Virus record (IMG/VR): IMGVR_UViG_3300047564_000773
Span: 1 to 33,959 of that record
Origin: a virus
Lineage: Duplodnaviria > Caudoviricetes
DNA length: 33,959 nt
Direction: 5' to 3' (one strand)
The position numbers and the translations under genes are program-made. Positions 1 through 7,572 of this stretch are shown piece by piece (position 1 is the stretch's first letter; the number at the start of each line of letters is the position of its first letter). Below the pieces are notes generated by a model that searched no databases, had not been told where the DNA came from, and saw only the letters and a list, made by a program, of their open reading frames with translations.

Positions 1-127
1 AGGTCAAGCAGCTGCCTGACCTCTGGCCGCATACGCATCAGAAACATCCGGTAATGCTGGGTTGAGCTCATCTGTAAAGTCTCCAAACGGTACGATTGCA
101 GAAAGATATATCGATTCTGACGACTTC
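1..127. repeat. 127-bp exact terminal direct repeat (copy at 33833-33959); circular assembly overlap
   Basis: The first 127 nt are identical to the last 127 nt. 127 is a standard de Bruijn k-mer length and the repeat cuts through the RHH gene, so it indicates a complete circular or permuted genome. Confidence 0.9.
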
Positions 128-149
128 GCAACGCTTGTCAGAATTGATA
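109..149. promoter_or_regulatory. Imperfect 15-bp inverted repeat in the divergent control region
   Basis: TATCGATTCTGACGA (109-123) and TTGTCAGAATTGATA (135-149) are 13/15 complementary. The site lies between the divergent RHH and recombinase genes. Confidence 0.5.
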
Positions 150-176
150 CACAACGAAAAAGATACGTTTGGGTAC

Positions 177-205
177 TTGACAGGTATTTCTGCGCGATAT
201 ATTTT
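177..205 (+). promoter_or_regulatory. sigma70-type promoter for the serine recombinase
   Basis: Perfect TTGACA at 177-182, a 17-nt spacer and TATTTT at 200-205 (alternatively TATATT at 198-203). RBS AGGAGG precedes the ATG at 254. Confidence 0.6.
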
Positions 206-253
206 TCGCCTTACTGCATCGCGCAGCACCCTACCGCTTAACAGGAGGATCAA

Positions 254-934
254 ATGGCACCGCATCAAGGCAAGTTCGTCGCGTACTACCGCGTATCGAC
301 CGACCGTCAAGGTCAGTCTGGCCTTGGCATCGAAGCACAGCAGGAAGCAGTGCGTACATTTCTCAATGGTGGCCGCTGGTCAGTGATCGGCGAGTTCACC
401 GAGATCGAATCCGGTACCCGTAAGCGCCTAAAAGACCGCCCCATGTTGAAGGCAGCACTCGAGCTCGCCCGCAAGCAGAAGGCCACCCTGGTGGTTGCCA
501 AGCTCGACCGCCTGGCACGCGACGTTCAGTTCATCTCAACGCTGCTGAACGGCAAGGTGCAGTTTGTCTGCGCCGACATGCCGCAGGCCGACCGCGTTTT
601 CCTGCAGATGGTCAGCGTGTTTGCTGAGTACGAAGCAAAGCGGATTTCTGAGCGCACCAAGGACGCGCTGGGCGCGTTGAAGCGCCAGGGCAAGAAGCTC
701 GGCTCGCCGACGCCTGAGATCGGCAGCGCCGAGGGCGTCAAAGTCATCCAAGCAAAGGCCGACGCCTACGCAGACAAGGTCGGGCCGATCGTGCGCGACA
801 TCATCCGCAAGTCCGGTGCTGACACCCTGCGCGACATCGCTGCAGCGCTTTCAGCTCGCGGCATCGAGACACCCCGCGGCAACAATGACTGGCACCCCAG
901 CCAGGTCAGCAACCTACTGAAAAGGATCAAGTGA
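254..934 (+). CDS. Serine recombinase (resolvase catalytic domain plus C-terminal recombinase-type DNA-binding domain)
   Basis: YYRVSTDRQ catalytic Ser motif, EIESG, KLDRLAR and FAEYEAKRISERTK helix E; C-terminal TLRDIAAALSARGIETPRGNNDWHPSQV is typical of the Recombinase domain. Strong RBS. Confidence 0.92.
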   Translation: MAPHQGKFVAYYRVSTDRQGQSGLGIEAQQEAVRTFLNGGRWSVIGEFTEIESGTRKRLKDRPMLKAALELARKQKATLVVAKLDRLARDVQFISTLLNGKVQFVCADMPQADRVFLQMVSVFAEYEAKRISERTKDALGALKRQGKKLGSPTPEIGSAEGVKVIQAKADAYADKVGPIVRDIIRKSGADTLRDIAAALSARGIETPRGNNDWHPSQVSNLLKRIK

Positions 935-1155
935 TGGACAAGCTCAAACCAGCGCTGCTGGTGCTCGGCTTCTATGCCAGCTTTTTTGGCTTGGCGTACC
1001 TGATCGGATTGAGCTGGGCGATGGCGGCTTTTGCCATCGGCCTAATTGTTGCTCTTCCAGCGCTCCGGGCGGCAAACAAACGGCGCGATCAGCGAGCCGT
1101 CATCGAACGAAACAGGCTCATCGAGCAACACTTCGACGACCATATTTCTCGGTGA
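931..1155 (+). CDS. Small two-TM membrane protein
   Basis: GTGATG overlap with the recombinase stop; two hydrophobic segments followed by a basic tail. Confidence 0.65.
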   Translation: MMDKLKPALLVLGFYASFFGLAYLIGLSWAMAAFAIGLIVALPALRAANKRRDQRAVIERNRLIEQHFDDHISR

Positions 1156-1175
1156 TATACTGTTCAAAAATACAG
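1153..1175 (+). promoter_or_regulatory. Extended -10 promoter overlapped by a LexA (SOS) box
   Basis: TG-A-TATACT at 1153-1161 (extended -10). CTGT-TCAAAAAT-ACAG at 1160-1175 matches the CTGT-N8-ACAG consensus, with TA on the left flank. Confidence 0.75.
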
Positions 1176-1201
1176 TGCGAATATTATAAGGATATTAATC
1201 A

Positions 1202-1549
1202 ATGACCTACGAACCTGTGAAGCCGCTTGACGGCATGAAAGACCTAGATCGCAAGACCGTTGCCAAGTATTTCAACCGGGTTGGCCGCGGCTTGCACTGC
1301 CGGGTCGATGTGCCGCTGTTGGTCATTGATGACATTAAATGGGCAGCCAAGATCTTTGGCGAGCTCTCCAAGAATCTGACCCAGATCGCCTGGGAAGATC
1401 GGCGCACCGACATCTTGCGGGTCTTAGAGGCCCGCTATGCGATCGAGGCGTCCAAGCGTGAGCTGCATTACCGCAACGAACGCAAGGAAACGGTGCGGAT
1501 GAGCAGGAAGATGCGCGACAACCCCTATACAACCAAACACAACCTGTAG
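1202..1549 (+). CDS. Hypothetical protein, probably SOS-inducible (candidate antirepressor)
   Basis: RBS TAAGGA upstream; 115-aa ORF directly downstream of the LexA box; no family recognised. Confidence 0.7.
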   Translation: MTYEPVKPLDGMKDLDRKTVAKYFNRVGRGLHCRVDVPLLVIDDIKWAAKIFGELSKNLTQIAWEDRRTDILRVLEARYAIEASKRELHYRNERKETVRMSRKMRDNPYTTKHNL

Positions 1550-1617
1550 TGGGTGTCGACGAATTGACCTTTTGGAAACTGTACTACAACACATGTTCTT
1601 GATGAGAGGAGAAAAAC

Positions 1618-1905
1618 ATGAGGAATCAAGCGGGTTTTAAGAAGCCGCAGCGGCATAATGTGTATTTGGGTTATTGCCGTGCAAACAACTATATAGCGGG
1701 TTTGTCGCATAATTTGTATTCCGAAAATTGCGGCGACAAACACAAGACTTTTGCAGCGCAGCACGACTCTCTGACCCCCTGGTCAGACCACCGCATCCAA
1801 GCAATTCTCAAACCTGAACGCCGGCAGGCGATCGCCGAAGCGGTGTTCGAGGTGATCCTTTTCGCCCTGTTCGGGGCGATGCTGGTATTCGCTTATTTTA
1901 GCTAG
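1618..1905 (+). CDS. Hypothetical protein with C-terminal TM helix
   Basis: RBS GAGGAG and a hydrophobic C-terminus (VILFALFGAMLVFAYFS). The N-terminal half is AT-rich and overlaps repeat elements, so the true start is uncertain. Confidence 0.5.
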   Translation: MRNQAGFKKPQRHNVYLGYCRANNYIAGLSHNLYSENCGDKHKTFAAQHDSLTPWSDHRIQAILKPERRQAIAEAVFEVILFALFGAMLVFAYFS

Positions 1906-1914
1906 GAGGCGGCC

Positions 1915-2226
1915 ATGCAGACCGCCACCTTGGGTCGCGCCCTGCGCGACGCCCAGCTGACTCTTTTTGAGCACAGAGACACAGAGTTCCTAGAACGCTG
2001 TCGAGCACTAGCCGTTGAGATCGCACGCCAACAAGGCACGGTGTGCATCAACGACATAAGAGCACAGCTGCGCTTGCCTGCTGAGACACACCCGTCCGTC
2101 CTGGGCGCGGTTTTCAGGTCAAAAAAATTCACGGCAGTTGGGTTCACTGAAGCAACCCACAAGGCTGCCCACGCTCGCGTCGTGCGCGTGTATCAACTCA
2201 CCGAGGAGGACAATAAAAATGGTTAA
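1915..2226 (+). CDS. Hypothetical phage protein, probable winged-helix DNA-binding fold
   Basis: RBS AGGAGG; pattern INDIR..L.LP...HPSVLGAVF...F...G......AH.R.VRVY resembles small phage early proteins. Confidence 0.75.
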   Translation: MQTATLGRALRDAQLTLFEHRDTEFLERCRALAVEIARQQGTVCINDIRAQLRLPAETHPSVLGAVFRSKKFTAVGFTEATHKAAHARVVRVYQLTEEDNKNG

Positions 2227-3175
2227 TAAGGTAACCCCTGACACCATGCTGTCGGCCAGCCTGCTGCCGGCACTCATGGGGCTGTCAAAGTATGGCACCC
2301 CGAACGACGTGCTTGACGGCTGCATCAACGCCATCACAGGCGAGGAGCGCGAGTTCAAGCAGAACGAATCGATGGACTGGGGCAACCAGCTGGAGCCCCT
2401 GATCCTGCGCGAGGCAGCCAAGCGGCTTGAGCTGGTCGACCTGGATGTCAACCACGACACCGCCAAGTTCCACGCCACCCTGCCGATCGCCTGCAGCCTG
2501 GACGGCACCGCAGACGGTCGCGGCCAGGTCATCTGCACCGACCCCGACAACGGCATCTTCGTCATCGGGCAGGAGTCGATCACCCTGGAGGGCGTCGGCG
2601 TGCTCGAGGCCAAGCTGACCGCAGTCTCGCCGGAGGATGCGCCAGCGCTGCACCGTGGCCCTGTTCAGCTGCAGGCGCAGATGGACATCCTCGAGGCCAA
2701 GTGGGGCGCAGTCTGCGTGCTGTACCGCGGCACCGAGCTCCGGGTTTTCCTGTTCGCTCCGCACCCGCAGACCGTCAAGACCATTGCCGAAGTAACGACA
2801 GCATTTCAGGCCAAGCTCGACAAGTTCCGCACGACCGGCGAGGTCGACTACTACCCGCCGGCGACTAGCGAAGACGCCGATCGGATGTTCCCGGTCGCCG
2901 AAGACAAGATCATCCAGCTGGATGTCGAGGCCGAGCTCCTCGCAGCCAAGATCATCGATGCCAACAAGCGGGCCAAGCAGGCAGCAGACGACAAGGCCGA
3001 AGCAGAGAAGGATCTCAAGGTCTTGCTGGGCGACGCCAAGGGTGCAGTCGCCGGCAGGTTTGAAATCAAGTGGCCGATGCGCAGCTACCAGGCGCAGCCC
3101 GAGAAGATCGTGCCGGCCAAGGCAGCGTACTCAATCCGACAGTCCACACTATCCGTCAAGGAGGCAACAGCATGA
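2219..3175 (+). CDS. YqaJ / lambda-Exo-like recombination exonuclease
   Basis: LSAS..PALMGLSKYGTP, MDWGNQLEP, ACSLDG, LEAK and QLQAQM motifs. Start reassigned to ATG 2219, which has an RBS GAGGAGG. Confidence 0.85.
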   Translation: MVNKVTPDTMLSASLLPALMGLSKYGTPNDVLDGCINAITGEEREFKQNESMDWGNQLEPLILREAAKRLELVDLDVNHDTAKFHATLPIACSLDGTADGRGQVICTDPDNGIFVIGQESITLEGVGVLEAKLTAVSPEDAPALHRGPVQLQAQMDILEAKWGAVCVLYRGTELRVFLFAPHPQTVKTIAEVTTAFQAKLDKFRTTGEVDYYPPATSEDADRMFPVAEDKIIQLDVEAELLAAKIIDANKRAKQAADDKAEAEKDLKVLLGDAKGAVAGRFEIKWPMRSYQAQPEKIVPAKAAYSIRQSTLSVKEATA

Positions 3176-3360
3176 CACGCGAACTAACTAACCTGGAGAA
3201 GGCACACGCACGCGCTGTCGTGTCCTTGCTTAACACCATCCCGCAATGCCGCGAGGATGAGGCCGAAGAAATTGTCGAGAGCTTTACCGCCCTCGTTTTG
3301 TACACCATCCAAGCATTCCTACCGGAGGGGGAAAAGCATGACTCAGCTGACCACAACTAA
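3172..3360 (+). CDS. Small hypothetical protein (62 aa)
   Basis: ATGA overlap with the exonuclease stop and RBS GGAGG; fills the gap before the annealase. Confidence 0.7.
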   Translation: MTRELTNLEKAHARAVVSLLNTIPQCREDEAEEIVESFTALVLYTIQAFLPEGEKHDSADHN

Positions 3361-4384
3361 TCGCCAAGGCTTTGCGCCCGCCACGATGGGCGAGGCGATG
3401 GAGTTCTCAAAGATGCTGGCCGAGTCCAGCATGGTGCCGCGTGCCTACCAGGGCAAGCCGCAGGACATCATGGTCTGCGTGCAATGGGGCTATGAGCTCG
3501 GCCTGGCACCCATGCAGGCGCTGCAGAACATCGCCGTGATCAACGGCAAGCCCTCGGTCTACGGTGACGCCATGATGGCCCTGGTGCAGGCCTCGCCGGT
3601 CTGCGAAGGCATCGACGAACACATCGAAAACGAAGGCACGCCTAACCCGGTGGCAGTCTGCATCGCCAAGCGCAAGGGTCGCAACCCGGTGATCGCCAGG
3701 TTCAGCGTCGAGGATGCCAAGCGGGCAGGGCTGTGGAACAAGCAGGGGCCGTGGCAGGCATACCCCAAGCGGATGCTGCAGATGCGAGCTCGAGGCTTTG
3801 CCCTGCGCGATGCCTTCCCTGATGTGCTCAAGGGTCTGATCACCGCCGAGGAGGCAGCCGACTACCCAGATGAAGCCAAGCCGCGGGAGAAGGATGTCAC
3901 CCCAGCCAAGCCGGCCAACCCGCTGGATGCGATCGCACCGCCGCCGATCGACGTGGCACCAGTGGTCGCAGAGTTCCCGCCGTTCAATGACGACATACCG
4001 CTACCGTCAGAGCCGCCGCCGGAGCCGATCGAGATCGAGCTCATTCATGTCGATTCGCCGAACGATTCTGCTGAATCTGCAGAACAGGTTGCAGAACTTG
4101 TTGTGTTAGGCGACTGGCCGCTGATGGTGCCTGGCAAGGAGCAGCCGTTCAGCGTCCACGCCAGCCAGCAGGAATGGCAGCAGGCCTATGAGGATCTAGC
4201 CGACAAGACCGCCAAAGCCGGCAAGCGACCAGCTCGGGAGCGCATGACCATCCTGAAGGAGCTGCGCGAGGTTAATGAGCTGCAGCTGAAGCGGATCAAC
4301 AGCATTGACCGGATGCGCCACACAGCGTCGTACAGCGGCAGGATCAACGCGCTGGGTGCCGCAGTGCCTGCCAATGAGAAGTAG
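3338..4384 (+). CDS. RecT/Bet-like single-strand annealing protein with C-terminal extension
   Basis: MVPRAYQGKPQD, GYELGLAPMQALQNIAVINGKP, FSVEDAKRAGLW..QGPW.AYPKRML..RA..FALRDAFPDVLKG. Lies one small ORF downstream of the YqaJ exonuclease; start at ATG 3338 after GGAGGGGG. Confidence 0.85.
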   Translation: MTQLTTTNRQGFAPATMGEAMEFSKMLAESSMVPRAYQGKPQDIMVCVQWGYELGLAPMQALQNIAVINGKPSVYGDAMMALVQASPVCEGIDEHIENEGTPNPVAVCIAKRKGRNPVIARFSVEDAKRAGLWNKQGPWQAYPKRMLQMRARGFALRDAFPDVLKGLITAEEAADYPDEAKPREKDVTPAKPANPLDAIAPPPIDVAPVVAEFPPFNDDIPLPSEPPPEPIEIELIHVDSPNDSAESAEQVAELVVLGDWPLMVPGKEQPFSVHASQQEWQQAYEDLADKTAKAGKRPARERMTILKELREVNELQLKRINSIDRMRHTASYSGRINALGAAVPANEK

Positions 4385-4409
4385 AAAAAAACCCCGGCAC
4401 ACGCCGGGG
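4385..4409 (-). terminator. Rho-independent terminator of the late/lysis operon
   Basis: On the - strand, CCCCGGC-GTGT-GCCGGGG followed by T7, at the point where the two arms converge. Confidence 0.85.
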
Positions 4410-4448
4410 AAACGATCCGCTAGGCCGCGATAGGTAGGAGTGACCTTC

Positions 4449-4931
4449 CTAGCGGGTCGAGGGGAGCCTCAAGGCTTGGTATTGCTTGACGCATTGGGCG
4501 AGGCTGGCGCGGAGCTCGTCGGCTCGGGCAGCTTCCCTTGCAAGAAATTCTGCATCCTCTCGAGAAAGCGAGTTTCCAGTGCAGACGCAGGCGGGGCATC
4601 CAACGCTGGTGGTACTGGACACGGCACTTGCCTGGGCGGTGCGCTCGGGGCGCTTGCGCAAGCTGTCAGCAAGACTGGCAGCGCGAGCGTTAATCGATCG
4701 AATCTCATCATCCTTCTCCTGTCTCAAATGGTCTGCCTGGGCCTGCAGCTGCTGCTCCTTCTCACGCGCCGCAGCGACTGCCTTGGCGTGCTCCTCGGCC
4801 AGCTTCGCCTTCTCCTGATCCCAGGCCTGCTGGATCTCAGCGCGACCCGCTGACGCGCCCTTGAGGTACCCGGCACCGCCAGCAAAGGCGGCGACCAGGA
4901 CGACCGCGGCACCGGTATAGAGAAGATTCAT
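4449..4931 (-). CDS. Rz: i-spanin (Rz-like)
   Basis: N-terminal TM helix, long Ala/Glu/Gln coiled coil and C-terminal Cys; last gene of the lysis cassette; contains an embedded lipoprotein gene. Confidence 0.85.
   Translation of the reverse strand: MNLLYTGAAVVLVAAFAGGAGYLKGASAGRAEIQQAWDQEKAKLAEEHAKAVAAAREKEQQLQAQADHLRQEKDDEIRSINARAASLADSLRKRPERTAQASAVSSTTSVGCPACVCTGNSLSREDAEFLAREAARADELRASLAQCVKQYQALRLPSTR
4469..4711 (-). CDS. Rz1: o-spanin lipoprotein (Rz1-like), fully embedded in Rz in another frame
   Basis: Signal peptide with lipobox LLTAC and a Pro-rich mature region; nested within Rz as in lambda. Confidence 0.85.
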   Translation of the reverse strand: MMRFDRLTLALPVLLTACASAPSAPPRQVPCPVPPALDAPPASALETRFLERMQNFLQGKLPEPTSSAPASPNASSNTKP

Positions 4932-5125
4932 TTGGCTGGCGGTACTGCCTTGCCTTCGAGCTTCTTGTGTACCTTCACTTCGCGGCAGACTTCTTTCTCT
5001 TTGCCGGTCTTGTCCTTCTCCATCCGGCAGACCTTTTTCATCTCGCCACCAGCGTGGACGTTGAAGGCCAGCATTAGGCTGGCGACTGCGGTCACCACCA
5101 TGCGAATCAAAATCAAAGTGTTCAT
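4928..5125 (-). CDS. Small secreted/periplasmic basic protein with 2 Cys
   Basis: RBS GAGGAGG; signal-peptide-like N-terminus ending VHA; KKVC...KEVC. Confidence 0.7.
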   Translation of the reverse strand: MNTLILIRMVVTAVASLMLAFNVHAGGEMKKVCRMEKDKTGKEKEVCREVKVHKKLEGKAVPPAK

Positions 5126-5136
5126 CTCACACCTCC

Positions 5137-5565
5137 TCAGATCTCAGGTTCAGGAGCCGGCGGCGGTGCCTTCTTGCCACCGAATCCGGTCACAACGGGA
5201 GCAGCGTCGAGCTGCGGTTCCATGCGCACGGGCGCATGAGTTGGTGCCGGAGCCTTGGGTGCAGGCGGCGGCGGGTCAGTCCAGTCGCTCGCCTTCGACA
5301 CACCAGGCGGCGGGTCGATCAGCTTGGCGACACCATCCTTGCCCTTGATGGCCAGCAGGGTCGCGAGCGCCCCGAGGATGTACTTGCTCATGTCCGACAG
5401 CAGCATGAAGAACTGCTTGTCAGCAGGCGCGATGCCGGTCATGGGCTGGGTCACAAACACGACCGAGTACATGGCGAGACTCGACATCATCAGCAGCACC
5501 ACGCAGAACGTCGCGCCGATGATCAGCTTGATGACCGAATCAATTTGGTCAGGACTCCATCTCAT
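5137..5565 (-). CDS. Two-TM membrane protein, holin candidate
   Basis: Two hydrophobic helices and a Pro-rich tail; ATGA coupling to the upstream lipoprotein; located in the lysis cassette. Confidence 0.65.
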   Translation of the reverse strand: MRWSPDQIDSVIKLIIGATFCVVLLMMSSLAMYSVVFVTQPMTGIAPADKQFFMLLSDMSKYILGALATLLAIKGKDGVAKLIDPPPGVSKASDWTDPPPPAPKAPAPTHAPVRMEPQLDAAPVVTGFGGKKAPPPAPEPEI

Positions 5566-5756
5566 TTTTCACCCTCCGGCTTGAAGTCAGCAGCTGGTAC
5601 CAGCTGGTCAGGGCAAGTGCCGGTCACCGCACAGGTTGGTCTTTGGCACTCGGGCTTGTTCCAGTTCTTGTTGTCCTGGCAGGGGTAGCGGAAGCGATCC
5701 TCACAGGCACCGATCGTGATGCCGACCAGTAGGGCGATGGCTAGAGCTCTCAGCAT
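5562..5756 (-). CDS. Cys-rich small lipoprotein (64 aa)
   Basis: Start reassigned to ATG 5756 (TGATG overlap with the endolysin stop); lipobox IGAC, then RFRYPCQD..NW.KPECQRPTCAVTGTC. Confidence 0.75.
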   Translation of the reverse strand: MLRALAIALLVGITIGACEDRFRYPCQDNKNWNKPECQRPTCAVTGTCPDQLVPAADFKPEGEK

Positions 5757-6412
5757 CAGTGGCCTCCCTGCATGATGGCCAGCGCGTGCTTGTAGTGCTT
5801 GATGCGGTCGTTCAGTCCGATCGTGCCGCCGTTGATGCGCTTGGTCAGCGTCAGGATGTCGCCGGTGTCTGCCCACTGGTTCAGCTTGTTGGTCTCCCAG
5901 AACCAGCAGGCCGACTGCGCTGCACCCTCAAACGTCGCCAGGTACTCAGGCACATCGTCGATGCTCATCTCGAGCGAGTCGGCAAATGCCTGGTAGTTGC
6001 TTTTGCCGGTCAGCTGAATCAACCCGCGGCCAATAAATTTTGCTGGCTCGCCCGACTCCTCTGAGCCGTTGCCCATGCGATTGGCATAGACACGATTCGC
6101 GATCGCAGCCTGCTTGTCTGGCCGGCGGCAGATCGCCTCTGCGTCTGCGTCGGTCGGAAAGTATTTGGGGAAGATCCGGCGCAGCGTGGCCGGCTTGTAG
6201 TTCAGGTTTTCTTTCAGCACCATGAAGTTGCCAGACTCATGGGCGCACTGCGCGACAAAGGCAGCGATGCGGGTGGGCGTGTTGATGTCGTAGTCATCGA
6301 GCAGGGTCGACCCACCGAGCTCATCCTGCGGTGCCGCTAGCGCCTCATGCCAGTGGTGGGCATAAGGGTTGCGCGGGATCATTTGCTTCAGCTGCGACAG
6401 TGTCAACATCAT
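5756..6412 (-). CDS. Endolysin, glycoside hydrolase family 19
   Basis: AAFVAQCAHESG, ENLNY, IANRVYANRMGNG, GRGLIQLTG..NY and TKRINGG..GL.DR motifs. Confidence 0.92.
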   Translation of the reverse strand: MMLTLSQLKQMIPRNPYAHHWHEALAAPQDELGGSTLLDDYDINTPTRIAAFVAQCAHESGNFMVLKENLNYKPATLRRIFPKYFPTDADAEAICRRPDKQAAIANRVYANRMGNGSEESGEPAKFIGRGLIQLTGKSNYQAFADSLEMSIDDVPEYLATFEGAAQSACWFWETNKLNQWADTGDILTLTKRINGGTIGLNDRIKHYKHALAIMQGGH

Positions 6413-6726
6413 TCGCTCCTAATGGTTTCTTGACGCCGCTCCTCTAGAATTTGACGCCTCAATTCTTTCATCTTCTTTACCTCATGCACCGCAGCCTGGG
6501 TCGCGAACCACATGTCGTAGTACATGAAGGCAAGCACAGGCATGACGATAAAAAACATCAGCACCACAGCCATGACCGTAGCGATCAATGACCAAGGTAC
6601 ATTCTCATCGTCGCGCTTTTGATCACCAGCCACATTAGACCCACTGCCCACAGAATTACGAACACGACTGCCCCAATCCATACCAGCCGGCTTTTGAGTC
6701 GATTTACCGCCTGCCTTCGTTGCCAT
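6409..6726 (-). CDS. Single-TM membrane protein with C-terminal coiled coil
   Basis: Long hydrophobic helix (WSLIATVMAVVLMFFIVMPVLAFMYY); coupled to the endolysin start; overlaps the upstream gene by up to 142 nt, so the start is uncertain. Confidence 0.6.
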   Translation of the reverse strand: MATKAGGKSTQKPAGMDWGSRVRNSVGSGSNVAGDQKRDDENVPWSLIATVMAVVLMFFIVMPVLAFMYYDMWFATQAAVHEVKKMKELRRQILEERRQETIRSE

Positions 6727-7283
6727 CTAGCCGCCTGGATCTTTCTAGTCTCTGCTGCTAACGCATCTGCCTGCTCATTCTGAATGTCAGTCCATGCCTT
6801 CTCAAACCTTGACCACACACTGCCAAGCTCTTGGGGCGTGTTAAACACCATCTGTTCCCGTACCTGCGCCAGCATCTCGTTCAGCTTGCTCTCAAGCCGG
6901 ATGCGCTCCAACGCTCTGCGACCCAGCGACAACTCGCCGCGGTAAACTTCTTTCGCCTCGACCGAGCTCTGCACATACAGCTTTGCGAGCGCTTCGTACT
7001 GGTCGATGAAGTTGCCAAGGTTTGACCAGATGTCATTCAGCACATCATCTGGCGTGGCCTTCGCCACCTCCTGCACACGCTTGACCTCTTCGTTGTACTG
7101 CTTCGTCTGCTCTTTACTCGGGCTGACGATCTTGTGGTACTGCTCACGCAGGTCTTTCAGTACGTCACTGACATCCCCGCTGGTACTCTTGATCTGCTTG
7201 TAGAGCTCGACACCTTTCTTGGCCAGGTCGATTGCCGTGGTACATGCCTTGTAGGCCGCGGCAATGGTGATCGGGTCAAGCAC
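6585..7283 (-). CDS. Helical protein with C-terminal TM anchor (MxDPITI-type)
   Basis: Amphipathic N-terminus LDPITIAAA, long helical body and C-terminal TM LVWIGAVVFVILWAVGLMWLVI. Confidence 0.7.
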   Translation of the reverse strand: MLDPITIAAAYKACTTAIDLAKKGVELYKQIKSTSGDVSDVLKDLREQYHKIVSPSKEQTKQYNEEVKRVQEVAKATPDDVLNDIWSNLGNFIDQYEALAKLYVQSSVEAKEVYRGELSLGRRALERIRLESKLNEMLAQVREQMVFNTPQELGSVWSRFEKAWTDIQNEQADALAAETRKIQAARWQRRQAVNRLKSRLVWIGAVVFVILWAVGLMWLVIKSATMRMYLGH

Positions 7284-7284
7284 A

Positions 7285-7572
7285 TCAGAACAGGTGGAGC
7301 TGCTTTTTCATGGCGATGATGTCGTCGCGCAGCGCCTCGTTGCGCTCCTCGCAGCGACGGTTCTGCTCCTCGACCAGCTCGAGCCTCCGGGTCAGTCGTT
7401 CCACTTCTTCGCGCAGCGTCTTGATCACCTGCTCGATCGCGTCGTCATGCAGCGTCGCAACCTTGTCTTCGCGGCGGTCTTTCTTGACCATCCGCACAAA
7501 GCCGTACCAGGCTGCACCCAGCGCGCCCATGCCAGCGGCCAGCTTGGCTACAAGATCAGTCTCCCAGCTCAT
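7285..7572 (-). CDS. N-terminal TM plus coiled-coil protein (holin/lysis-associated candidate)
   Basis: Hydrophobic LAAGMGALGAAWYGFV followed by a heptad coiled coil; tightly packed with neighbours. Confidence 0.7.
   Translation of the reverse strand: MSWETDLVAKLAAGMGALGAAWYGFVRMVKKDRREDKVATLHDDAIEQVIKTLREEVERLTRRLELVEEQNRRCEERNEALRDDIIAMKKQLHLF

Noticed and set aside
254-934. Recombinase as a tail-fibre invertase (Gin/Cin-like)
   Set aside because: All fibre genes are on one strand, I saw no inverted crossover sites or silent alternative fibre ends, and the C-terminal domain is recombinase-type rather than Hin-type HTH.
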